64,000 bases of DNA from Octopus vulgaris (lineage: Eukaryota): NCBI GenBank assembly GCA_951406725.2, contig OX597842.1, positions 22,382,001 to 22,446,000 on the forward strand. Direction: 5' to 3'. Position numbers and translations under genes: made by a program. This document shows, one piece after another, positions 1-11,892 of this stretch. A model generated the notes under the pieces. The model saw only the letters and a program-made list of their open reading frames with translations. It made no database searches and was not told the origin of the DNA. The number at the start of each line of letters is the position of its first letter. Position 1 is the stretch's first letter.

Positions 1-240
1 AATGAAATTGTCACCCATAATTATAACCCTAGTATCGATCTATTGCATTTCAATCTATTTTAGGGTTAGGTTTAGAGTTATGGTTAGAGGTGGGGGAAGG
101 GTATCTTTTTTTCTTCGCAATGTAAATAAACCCAATCTGTTTCTTAAATGCGGGACATATTCATATGGCACAGAATGTTGTTTACGTCAATGGAGGTCAG
201 CGATTGGTTAAAATTGCAGAAATGCTCAAAATTAAAGTCG

Positions 241-1260
241 AAATATCTTACAAACTATAGAATTTTCTCAAGAAAGCCAAGAGAAAAAGATGTTTTATAA
301 ACACATTCTACCAGTATACGAAGTTTAAAAGTGTTTAGTTACATGGAAATTATTTTAAAAAACTGCCGTTCAAACCGAAAAGACCCAAATATCTTACAAA
401 CTATAGAGTTTTCTCAATAAAGCCAAGAGAAAAAGATATTTTATAAACACATTCTACCAGTATACGAAGTTTAAAAGTGTTTAGTTACATGGAAATTATT
501 TTAAAAAACTGCTGTTCAAACCGAAAAGATCCCAAATATCTTACAAACTATAGAATTTTCTCAATAAAGCCAAGAAAAAATGATGTTTTATAAACACATT
601 CTACCAGTATACGAAGTTTAAAAGTGTTTAGTTACGTGGAAATTATTTTTAAAAAACTGCCGTTCAAACCGAAAAGACCCAAATATCTTACAAACTATAG
701 AATTTTCTCAATAAAGCCAAGAAAAAATGATGTTTTATGAACACATTCTACCAGTATACGAAGTTTAAAAGTGTTTAGTTACATGGAAATTATTTTAAAA
801 AAACTGCTCTTCAAACCGAAAAGACCCAAATATCTTACAAACTATAGAATTTTCTCAATAAAGCCAAGAGAAAAAGATATTTTATAAACACATTCTACCA
901 GTATACGAAGTTTAAAAGTGTTTAGTTACATGGAAATTATTTTTAAAAACTGCCGTTCAAACCGAAAAGACCCAAATATCTTACAAACTATAGAATTTTC
1001 TCAATAAAGCCAAGAGAAAAAGATGTTTTATAAACACATTCTACCAGTATACGAAGTTTAAAAGTGTTTAGTTACATGGAAATTATTTTAAAAAACTGCC
1101 GTTCAAACCGAAAAGACCAAATATCTTACAAACTATAGAATTTTCTCAATAAAGCCAGAGAAAAAGATGTTTTATAAACACATTCTACCAGTATACGAAG
1201 TTTAAAAGTGTTTAGTTAACTAGAAATTGTGTTGAAAACTGCCGGTTAAACGGAAAAGAT
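241..1260 (+). repeat. Tandem array of 7 x ~146-147 bp units derived from the end of a foldback DNA-transposon-like element
   Basis: Unit AAATATCTTACAAACTATAG...CAAACCGAAAAGACCC starts at ~241, 387, 534, 681, 828, 974 and 1119. The same sequence forms the right arm of the foldback at 23208-23835 and recurs at 9957-10440 and 59426-59510. Confidence 0.92.
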
Positions 1261-1362
1261 TCGACTCATCCCTCCACTAAACTTTCTGACCTTGTGGCAA
1301 AACTTGAAAACATTATCTCAAAAATAAACAAATAATGACGATCCCCAAAACGTGTTGTATAT

Positions 1363-1812
1363 CATCATCATCATCATCATCATCATTTAACGTCCGCTTT
1401 CCATGCTAGCATAGGTTGGACGGTTCAACTGGGGTCTGGGGAGCCCGAAGGCTGCACCAGGCCAGTCAGATCTGGCAGTGTTTCTACAGCTGGATGCCCT
1501 TCCTAACGCCAACCACTCCATGAGTGTAGTGGGTGATTTTATGTGCCACCGACACAGGTGCCAGACGAGGCTGGCGAACGGCCACGCTCGGATGGTGTTT
1601 TTATGTGCTACCGACACAGGTGCCAGACAAGGCTAGCAGACAACCACGCTCGGATGGTGTTTTTATGTGCCACCGACACAGGTGCCAGACGAAGCTGGCG
1701 AACGGCCATGCTCGGATGGTGTTTTTATGTGCCACCGACACAGGTGCCAGACAAGGCTAGCAGACGACCACGCTTGGATGGTGTTTTTATGTGCCACCGA
1801 CACAGGTGCCAG
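1363..1812 (-). mobile_element. SINE-like family D copy ((GAT)n tail) with internal 62-bp tandem repeat
   Basis: Reverse complement ends ...ATGCTAGCATGGAAAGCGGACGTTAAATGATGATG. The 62-bp unit ATGTGCCACCGACACAGGTGCCAGAC starts at 1541, 1603, 1665, 1727 and 1789. Confidence 0.8.
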
Positions 1813-2044
1813 ATTATATTAAACCTCATCTTTTGATAAGATTTACAATTCAATAAATGTTGCATGGGATAACTGTGCGGACTATACTGAAATGGCAAGA
1901 GGTTGACAGCATTTTTTAGGTTAATAACTGTTTCATCTACAGCTTTATTGATGGCTCTTAATCAAGGTAAAATATGATGGAAAATAAGCCATCCATGACT
2001 GTCACATCAGTCCCACTACATATAATCATTAGTAATACTTATAG

Positions 2045-2397
2045 TCTTACTCTTTTACTTGTTTCAGTCATTTGACTGCGGCCATGCTGGAGCACTGCCT
2101 TTAGTCGAGCAAATCGACCCCTGGACTTATTCTTTGTAAGCCTAGTACTTATTCTATTGGTCTCTTTTGCCGAACTGCTAAGTTTACTCTTTTACTTGTT
2201 TCAGTCATTTGACTGAGGCCATGCTGGAGCACCGCCTTTAGTCGAGCAAATCGACCCGAGGACTTATTCTTTGTAAGCCCAGGACTTATTCCATTGGTCT
2301 CTTTCGCCGAACTGCTAAGTTACAGGGACGTAAACACACCAGCATCGGTTGTCAAGTGATGTTGGGGGGACAAATACAGACACAAACATATACACAC

Positions 2398-2474
<77 letters not shown>

Positions 2475-2640
2475 TACGACAGGCTTCTTTCAGTTTCCGT
2501 CTACCAAATCCACTCACAAGGCTTTGGTCGGCCCGAGGCTATAGCAGGAGACACTTGCCCAAAATGCCATGCAGTGGGACTGAACCCAGAACCATGTTGT
2601 TGGTTAGCAAGCTACTTTCCACACATCTACTCCTGTGCCT
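2045..2640 (-). mobile_element. tRNA-derived SINE family A (full copy plus duplicated 3' part)
   Basis: Matches the window's dominant repeat: A-box-like TGGCTGTGTGGT, B-box-like GGTTCAGTCCC, internal (TA)n, tail GAAACAAGTAAAAGAGTA. Confidence 0.85.
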
Positions 2641-2684
2641 ACAAAACTTTTCACCATCACTTATCAGATAATAATGTATTTATA

Positions 2685-3252
2685 TTGGGTTGTCCGGAAA
2701 GTTTGTGCCTATTTTTAAAGGAAAGAAAATGGTCAATAACTACTTGCCATTACATTTTTAATCAACCAAATATGAACCATTTTGTTGCACAATGCATCTC
2801 CATCTTTCCTTTAACTTGAAAATACCCTCTTCTCAGAATTGAGGGGCTTTCGTAGCAAAGAATTCATCAAGGCATCTTTTTATATGTCATCCAAAGAATT
2901 GAAATTTTTACCATTAAGCTTATTCTGCTGAGACCTGAATAAGTGGAAATCCGAAGGAGCAATATCTGGTGAATATGGAGGGTGGGGTAACACATCCCAG
3001 CCAAGCTGCAGCAATTTTTGTCTGATTCCCAAATCATCAAGTACTGAAAATGAACTTTCTTATCTTCCATTTTAAAGGGTTACAGAATTAACACAAGTTA
3101 TAGGAACATAAACCTTTTCCCACGAAAAGATAGCTTAAACTGTGCTCTAAATGGAGGTGTAGTCAAATCCTATTTTATGGATTCAACCATGTTCTAAAAT
3201 AAATCAAAAGGTAAGCTACTATAAATTGGCATGAGCTTTCCAGACAACCCAA
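2685..3252 (-). mobile_element. Internally deleted mariner transposon
   Basis: TA-flanked TIRs TTGGGTTGTCCGGAAAG / CTTTCCAGACAACCCAA. The interior is the reverse complement of the copy at 39110-39675, which encodes a YSPDIAPSD motif. Confidence 0.9.
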
Positions 3253-3305
3253 TATCTTCAAGTCTTATTTCTAGTGACTATTATATGGAAAACAATTTGT
3301 CTAAT

Positions 3306-3720
3306 GTAAAGTATACTAGCCATCTCAGTATGGCTAACCACTGAGGGTGGGTGTTACTGTAGCTTTTAGCCCCAGGAGATCATCGTCTCCAGCTGGCTTT
3401 AGGCACACTTTCTGTGCCCTAATGATATTTGCAAAGGGAGGTCATCCCTCTCTCGTCAACCTAAGTGATACGCATGGACTGCAGTTTCTAGGTATTTGCC
3501 TCTTGTCAACGTACGGTAATCACCAGTTTTCGATGAAAGGGGGACCTGTTTGCAAATATTTAATGTTTTTCCGAGTAACCTCTGTCACTGATTTCGAAAA
3601 ACTGTCTGCAAGCAATAATAAATCTCTGAACGAGATGTAAACAGTAACCGCTCAACAACGTAAAGTATACTAGCCATCTCAATATGGCTAACCACTAAGG
3701 GTGGGTGTTACTGTAGCTTT
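3306..3720 (-). mobile_element. Penelope-like element remnant with direct terminal repeat and degenerate hammerhead
   Basis: A ~60-bp direct repeat (GTAAAGTATACTAGCCATCTCA...GTTACTGTAGCTTT) at ~3306 and ~3660. Minus strand 3515-3471 reads CGTACG-TTGACAA-GAGGCAAATACCTA-GAAAC-TGCA-GTC-CATGCG. The same family forms inverted repeats at 21228-21447 and 32528-32710. Confidence 0.65.
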
Positions 3721-3951
3721 ATATTTGTCTAATATATTTAATGAAATGTGTGTTTTCAGTGAAATTGTTTGAAAAATGAAGTAAATATTTTATCAAAAAC
3801 TTTTCATGAAACTAATAAATTTTTCTTTTTTAATTTCAGCTTTGGCTTAAAGGGTAGTGAATTGTGAAGACAAATTTTATTCTGAATCAATGAACAAAAT
3901 TTAGAGAATAAATAAATATTTGATAGAGAGAGATAATTCTATATTCATAAA

Positions 3952-6900
3952 ATGGAGAAGATTAATGAAGAAAACAAAATGTTGGCTCTCACTCTTGTTG
4001 CAGACAGTGATGCAACACTAATTCATAAGGAAACTATACCAATTCTTCCCCGAATATTACATACACAAAACACAAAGAAAACTGAAGGACGGAAAACACA
4101 ATACACAATGACAATTGAAAAACAGGAAATGTCCATATTACCAAATTTTCTTCATATTGTGACATGTTACCTAACAATTATCAAAACAGACCACATCAAT
4201 ACGTTTATAGATTTTGTAAAGGATAAATGTAATAACGTAGAGTCTATGGGTTTAGACGGATCCTTTATCTTATGTAATATCAAGCATAAAATGCAAAAGT
4301 TTCTGGAATTTACCAAACAGTATAATGATTTTGTCCACCAAAATCTCGAATGGTTTCAACAAAGACTCTTTGACATTTATGTCACATGTAACCCATACAA
4401 CCACAAGTTTGTTGGGGCACCAAAAATAACAACAAAATTTCGACCACTTTGTCAGATCGTGACACGAGAAGCAAAGATCAATGAATCTCGTAAAGACTCA
4501 GGCAACAACACAATATCTAATATTGTTATCATACAAACGGGAATAGTAACGTATTCCCATCACTGTATGACAATATCTTGTATCACAAAAGATGGTGACA
4601 GAAATGATGTTCATTGCCCATCTCCTGTCACCGATTTTACCAGGATCGCTCAAGACACTGTATTGGCCACCCTCCCCTTTAAACAAATGATTCTTATTAT
4701 CAATTCCGTAAGCTTTATAATCAAAACACTTCCATTGGGTTTCTATAAAGTTTCTTACGTAGAACTTTCTACATTTATAGGTGTAGAAATGTTCAGTAAA
4801 ACCATCTACCTTGTGGACTGGGTTGATAATAAAATTGTAAGTCAATTCCTAGCCAAAGAGGTACCTACGGATATTGCTGTAGGTGCAGGAAATAAATTAC
4901 TGTTATCATTTCCCAAGTATTAGCAGAGTTACCTGTTACAATCTGGCTGGCCTGCAGTTGTTTGAGGTAGAGACACATTATCTGAACTTAGTAATGCAAA
5001 TCACGCTGTACCAAAACCATTTTTATGTCCTCCAAGGACATATCATTTATAGGATTTCAACCACAGGCGGTGTGACCATGAGAGACATTGGCATGAAATG
5101 CCGTTCTGTTTCTGTTTGTAGAGATGCCATTTTTGTAACAGATGATTTTGGTGTACCTCATATGGTTACAACAAATAAAGACTTTTGGCCCAGGCTGTCA
5201 TATAACCATCAGTGGTGTTCCCCCAGTTTGAGCAACCATTTTTATATAGAAGATTGCTACAACATTACAAATATTCTACCTATGGCAACATCTTCTACAT
5301 TAATAATCTACAGGAATAAGAAAGCTTTAGTATTCACTGATACTGGAGAAATAATTAGCAAAAATAATTTAACTTTCCTTGAGTTTCCTTCTGTTTTATG
5401 TAGAATAAACTCAAACAGATTCCTGGTCTTTTATCGTGAAATGAAAGGACTTCAGTATATCACCTATCCTGAACTAACCGAAGGCCCTTTAATAAAGGTC
5501 CACACTAATTACATTACCATATGTCATATTGTATTAAATAAGTTTTTAGCTCTGACCACCAGTGGAAACAAACATGAGGTACATATCCTATTGATCAAAG
5601 AGGACAAAGTTAACGTGATAGAAAGAATTTCTCTTGGACATTTTAATGTCACCATTGCTGCAACTCCAGTTAATTTTGTTGTCGTAGATGGAAGGGAAAA
5701 CAAACTGATATTTTATTTGACATCTGGTGAAGAACTTTTGAAAAATACCTTCCATTCTATGGTTCCTCTTATTTCATCTACTCTGATAATATTTATTTTT
5801 ATGTCCTGTTCAAGAGACACTCTATTGTGATATGTTATGATATATATGGAGACATTAGATGGCAGTGGAAACTGCCTTTCCCTGTTCACCCTGACATTGC
5901 TGTTTTTCAGGGGACTATTTATGTGCCGGATACTGAACTCAACAGGGTTCTTCTTTACAAGAATCATGACCGGTCGTCTGGCTGTTTTTTACACTTGAAA
6001 AATCCTTATATCAGAAATCTAAATATACGACTCAAAGAAAAAGGGAATGTCAAACTTCTCATTGCCGAAATATGTCATCTGTCCAATGGGCAGTTGGTGG
6101 TGTCTGACATCAACCATGATTGCTTGTTATACATTTCTAATGAAGGAGACATTGTGTCTAGATTATCTCTGCCGTCTACAGCTACAGATATATGTCGATG
6201 GAACCCTAATCAAATAGGTGTCATCTTACCCCTAGAGAAACAATTAAGGATTATCGAAAACCTATCAGAGACAGTTAGAACTGTATCATTAAGCCAGCCT
6301 TATGTACGGGTGTGCAAGCTGGGTAAAGATAAAATTGCTTGTTATTCTGATAAACCATCTCATTTAGATATTTTAGCCATTAAAAATTATAATCAAGTTG
6401 AAATAATTCATAGGATTAATATCACTTTTGTAGTGAAATCGTTAGCAATAGAAAATGAAACTCAAAAACTATTAATTGTTACTAGAGGAAAGGCTTTTCA
6501 GTACAACACTAGTTTCGGTGATGGTTGTCATAGCAGTGGTGATCGTCTTTGTAGTATTAAGATGGTCCCCAGGGTTTTACTGTCCCAAGTGAAATGCCCT
6601 CCCAATTTCTATGCTGGGTCTATTGATAAAACTTTTGTCTATCTGATAGACAACAGCCGTATGTTTGCTATAAACGATTATAATTTGATGGTTAATGATC
6701 TCATTACAAATAATCAACTTAATATTTATATCGACCTGGTAGATGTATTTTCCAGAAACATTTGTGTCAGTGAAATGTTATCTTCTACATTATATCTACA
6801 GGATCTGACAGTTTCTGATAAGGCTAGACACATTCCTCTTTCTCAGAGTTTCGGAGACGAACAACCGATGAGGATTCATTGTCTGGTTATTACTGAAAAT

Positions 6901-9348
6901 AACCTGATTGCAGGATATGACTGGCAAAATAAAAACATTAAGATATTCACGTTTGATGGTCAAGTTCTGGATTCTGTCAAATGGAATGCTTTTGGCTTTC
7001 TCAAAATGTGTCGATGGCAGTCAAACACATTGGTTATTACGGACGGTGATTGCATTGATAATAAATACCAACTGTTGACATTAAAAGTGGAATTTCCATT
7101 GTCGTTGGTAATTTATCAGACAGAAAATAGATATGACTGTATCACTTCTTTATCAAACAATCAACTGGTGTGTAGTAAATGGAGAGATTTATATAGTGTC
7201 TATGTTGTTGAAATCGATGAAATACATTCGACTTTGAATGAAATAAAACAAATAGCCATACCTGAAACATTATCACCAAGAAACGAACTTGGTAATAGAA
7301 ATTTTATCACTGATATACATGATATTACAGTTACTGCTGAAGATATCATCATTGTCTTAAACAAAAGATTCATCATTTTCTTCAACCGTGATGGTCAGTA
7401 TCTACATTCAGTTAGACACTACATAAAGTATGTCGGTCATAATGACATGATGACAGTTGATGACAGTTTATTGTACATTCAAGCAGCATGGGATAAATGT
7501 TCTAGTTACTTTGGATATAGAAGCATTGTGTGTTTGACACAGGCTGGGGAATACAGCGGAATACTTTTAAATAAAAGAATTCATCGAGCTAAACTAAGTT
7601 ACCCCAGTATAAACTGTAAGGGACCAAGGTTTGTTGGAAGCTACTACCCAAGGAATGAATTGTATGTTCAAGGTCTGTTTATTGTTAATCGAGAAAGCTT
7701 TTCTGTTGCTCGTTTACAAACAGACGAATGTCCTGTTGAAGTAAAAGATTTTGATATCTCTGATGAAGGGAAGATAGTTGTGTGTGAAAAAGCCAATAAT
7801 GGAAATGTTAAAATATTTTATGAAAGCGGGGAGTTGCTATGTCACAGAAATATTGCAAGTTTAGTTGGTGGTGTGTGTTTTACAGAAGAAAGAGACATAA
7901 TGACCACAGTTCCTAAAACACAAGAAATATTTCAACTGAATCGAAAAGATTTGGAGAAATTTAAAGTTTGGCAAAGTCAAGTACCTTATGGTGTAATATG
8001 GAGAAAAGTGGGAAATATTTACTGGTGTGTACATATTGAATTAACTGAATGTCATTGCATAAAGATTGATGGGGATCAAGTGAACATTCTGGAATCTGTG
8101 TCGTTATTAAATCTTGATTCTGGTCTTCATTTCCCTTCCATTACATCTCAGATGAACAAGGAAATATTCAGTAATGAATTAATTAATAAGTTGAATTACA
8201 GTGCAGGATTTGTCAGAGGTGGAAGAAGTGGTAAAACAGGTAAAAAAATTTGTAAAAGTAGATTAAAGGTGAGATGTGGTAATTACATAGCGGAGAGTAT
8301 GTTAGGAATTGATGAAATATCAGTGAGGCAACTGCCATATAGAACAGCAATGGTCCCTCTTTCCATTCCTACATTCGATGAACCTGTTAATTATAATTTT
8401 ATAGACATTAAGGACCGGAACAGTAAGCTAATTAAGTTAGATAACGATGTCAGTGTGTTGATGTTTAGAGAAACTCTCACGTTAATCAGTGCAACAGGTG
8501 ACATACTCCAACATAAACAACTGCCACAACAACAACCACATCTGGACATATGTCGGTGGAAAGATGAACAGTTCATAGTTGTCTTTGGTAAAGAAATGAT
8601 GGTCTTCAACAGAAATCTCTGTCGTTTAAAAACCATCAAAACAGAGAAATACTATAACACAATTTATAAATACAATGATAATCAAATTGTGTGTGGTGGT
8701 CATTATATTGGAGATATAACTCAAAACGAGAGAAACAAGAATTACGAAAAAGAAATCTACAACAACAGATTTTATTACTTCTGCAAAGACCCCGATGCCT
8801 GCGACTCTTATTATGTGGATGTAGTTGATATCAATGACGGGGAAATCAAATATGAAGTGTGTCGTGGGAAGACGAAGATGTTAGGAAAATTAGAGGGAGA
8901 GGCAGTCGTGTTTGATGTAGGAGTCACATCTTTTGGTGATGTTATTGTTGTGAGGAGGGAGACGGACAAGGAAGAGTTGGGAAGGTGGGTTGATTTATGT
9001 TTTGTTGAATGGTACAGAGAAAAGTCGTTGGTCAGAAGGATAGCGCTAGAAGGAAAATATTACGTCGGAGATAATATTCACAGAACTCGTCTAATCACAG
9101 TTGGTAAAAATGTTTATATAAGAGATAGAAAAAACAGTATTTATCAAATACCTGGACATATTGAACAAGAAACATCTGAAGATTCTGAAGATCTGACATT
9201 AAAAGATATTAAAAAATATTCACTCCTTAAGCAGGGTGATAATGAGGTCTTCCACGTTCTTGGTTTTGATATTTCAGAAAATTCTTTCATGGTTTTTGGA
9301 ATTATTCCAGGACGTCAATCTTTTGCTTTCTTTTTTTATGACAAATAA
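3952..9348 (+). CDS. ~1800-aa single-exon protein with six tandem beta-propeller-like (NHL-type) modules; two compensating frameshifts (assembly error or pseudogenisation)
   Basis: ORFs 3952-4923, 4883-5830 and 5827-9348 join into one frame via an extra A near 4914 (CCCAAGT) and a missing T in CTTTTG near 5737; ORF1 and ORF3 share a frame. Recurrent beta-strand-rich motif (TDICRW, KMCRW, LDICRW, SVLCRI, TDFTRI, GGVCFT). Polypyrimidine-AG acceptor at ~3820-3839. Fold is inferred. Confidence 0.7.
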
Positions 9349-9584
9349 ATATTTTCATAAATATTAGACTTTGATGTTGTTAACATTATTATTTAATTGG
9401 ATTAATCCAGGAATTGAACCTGCATCCCTTACGTTGCATTGTACACATTAACACTTATTCTTGTAACATACTTCAACATGCACACAATCTCTCTATATAA
9501 ATTTGTATACAATATTTGGTACATGTATATATAAAGTAATGAAAATACCCCTTCGTATGTATGTATATATGTGTGTGTGTGTAT

Positions 9585-9957
9585 ACTCTCTTTACTCTTT
9601 TACTTGTTTCAGTCATTCGACTGTGGCCATGCTGGAGCACCACATTTAGTCGAGCAAATTGACCCCGGGACTTATTCGTTGTAAACCTAGAACTTATTCT
9701 ATCGATCTCTTTTGCTGAACTGCTAAGTGATGGGGAGGTAACCAAACCGACATCGGTTATCAAGCAATCTTGGGGTGTGGGGGGCAAACACAGACACAAT
9801 CATAAACACACACATACATACATACATATATATGCAACGGGTTTCTTTCAGTTTCCGTCTACCAAATCCACTCACAAGGCATTGGTTGGCCCGAGGCTAT
9901 AGTAGAAGACACTTGCCCAAGTTGCCACGCAGTGGGACTGAACCCGGAACCATGTGG
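9585..9957 (-). mobile_element. SINE family A, head truncated by a foldback-end fragment
   Basis: Family A body that switches at CATGTGG|TATC into the foldback-end repeat. Confidence 0.8.
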
Positions 9958-10440
9958 TATCTTTTTTTCTTCACAAATGTAAATAAACCCAATCTGTTTC
10001 TTAAACGAAGGACATATTCATACGGCACAGAATGTTTTCACCTCAATAGACGTCATTGATTGTTGAAATTGCAGAAAAACAACAAATATCTTACAAACTA
10101 TAGAATTTTTCAAGAAAACCAAGAGAAAAGATGTTTTATAAACACATTCTACCAGTATACGAAGTTTAAAAGTGTTTAGTTACGTGGAAATTATTTTTAA
10201 AAACTGCCGGTCAAACCGAAAAGATGAATGTTTTCACCTCAATAGACGTCATTGATTGGTTGAAATTGCAGAAATTGAAGAAAAAACAACAACAAATAGC
10301 TTACAAACCATAGAATTTTCTCAAGAAAGCCAAGAGAAAAAGATGTTTTATAAACACATTCTACCAGTATACGAAGTTTAAAAGTGTTTAGTTACGTGGA
10401 AATTATTTTAAAAAACTGCCGGTCAAACCGAAAAGATCCT
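9957..10440 (+). repeat. Foldback-element terminal fragment, tandemly duplicated (2 units)
   Basis: Homologous to 100-390. GAATGTTTTCACCTCAATAGACG occurs at ~10030 and ~10226, and both units end CAAACCGAAAAGAT. Confidence 0.85.
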
Positions 10441-11892
10441 TCGTTTGCTTCTAGCAAATGAAAAGAAACTTGAAAAACTTGCACCGAATATATTTAATTA
10501 TGGATATTCGTTGAATGTGACTGTCAGGGTATCGGTAGAGTTAAATATCGTCTTTCGGTGAATTACGTTAGGGATTTTTAACTTACTACACCGGTCTATA
10601 TTCAGATGCCTGCTTGGTTTCCACTTAATTAATTCAGCTAATCTAATGATTTTTACGTATAATAATTGTGTATTGTTAAGGTAAACGTTAATGTTTGTGG
10701 ATAAAATATAGCGAGTTACTTATTTCGAAGTCAATGATCCACCCACTTCGTCGTTTTTAATAATTCCCGCAAACAAAATCGTTAATTGGCTTTTTTAATT
10801 GGATTTTTTTACACAAGACCAGGACAGAGGAAAAAGGATTTTCATCTCAGCAAATGAGTAAATAACTTCTCTGAACTTCCTTGATTTTTCAGTTGATCGT
10901 CGAATCAAAAAGAAAAAGAAAATATAATAGAACGCATGGACCTTTGTTTTAATCGTACTGTGCAGTTTCTTGATCTGTTAGTAACACACACACACACACA
11001 CTCACACATCACCTATTAGTTAGTCATCTACATGTGTACCTATGCACGTTTTATTTTTCACCTTACACTGTCGTAATAATAATGTAGAAAATGTAATTCT
11101 GTTCGTCAACAAAAACATATGTGTGGAATTTGGAGAAAAAAAAATTACATTGCATAATTTCCGTATTTGTAAGCCGAAACTGATATTCTCGACAAAAAGC
11201 TAAACCGTATATTTACTCAAGACCAGGACAGAGAAGGACCCATTTTAATTACCAACGAATGAGGGAATAGGTTTCCTGATCCTGCTTGACTTTTCTGTTG
11301 ATTGTCAATTCAAAAAAACAAAACAAAAGAAATACAACAGAACACACGGACTTTTCTTTCATCCGCAGTGCACAGTATAAATTCATACATACACGCATAC
11401 TAAGGCACACATATATACATATCAGTTATTAGGCATCTACATGTGTTCATGTTTTACACATTTTCTTTCATCTTACACTGCCGTATTGATAATGCAGAAA
11501 TTATAAGTCTTTTCGCCTACAAGAATATATTTTTGTATGGAAATTGGAAAGGACTGAACAAAACTCTTGTGGTCAGTAAAAAATATATCATTCCCACACT
11601 TGTGAACCGAAATCTACGAGTCACGACTAAAAGTTGAACCATTTGAGATAATACTTGACATTTCTCAGATTTTTGTCTCAGATTCCTGAAGAATTGATAT
11701 GGAAGACGTAATGATAATGTAGAAAATGTAACAAAAATATATGTGTGGAATTTGGAAAAAAAAAATATACATTGCATAATTTCCACACTTGTAAACCGAA
11801 ACAGATAATATTCTCGACAAAAAGCTAAACCGTAAGAAATAATTCTTTAAAACATTACTCAGATTTTTGTCTCAGATTCCTGAAGAATTGAT

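Noticed and set aside
59-100. TTAGGG-like repeats at the window start as a chromosome end
   Set aside because: Short, degenerate and part of the foldback element family seen internally at 23.4-23.6 kb.
241-1260. Possible CRISPR-like array
   Set aside because: Units are contiguous near-identical ~147-bp repeats with no unique spacers, in a eukaryotic context with no cas genes.
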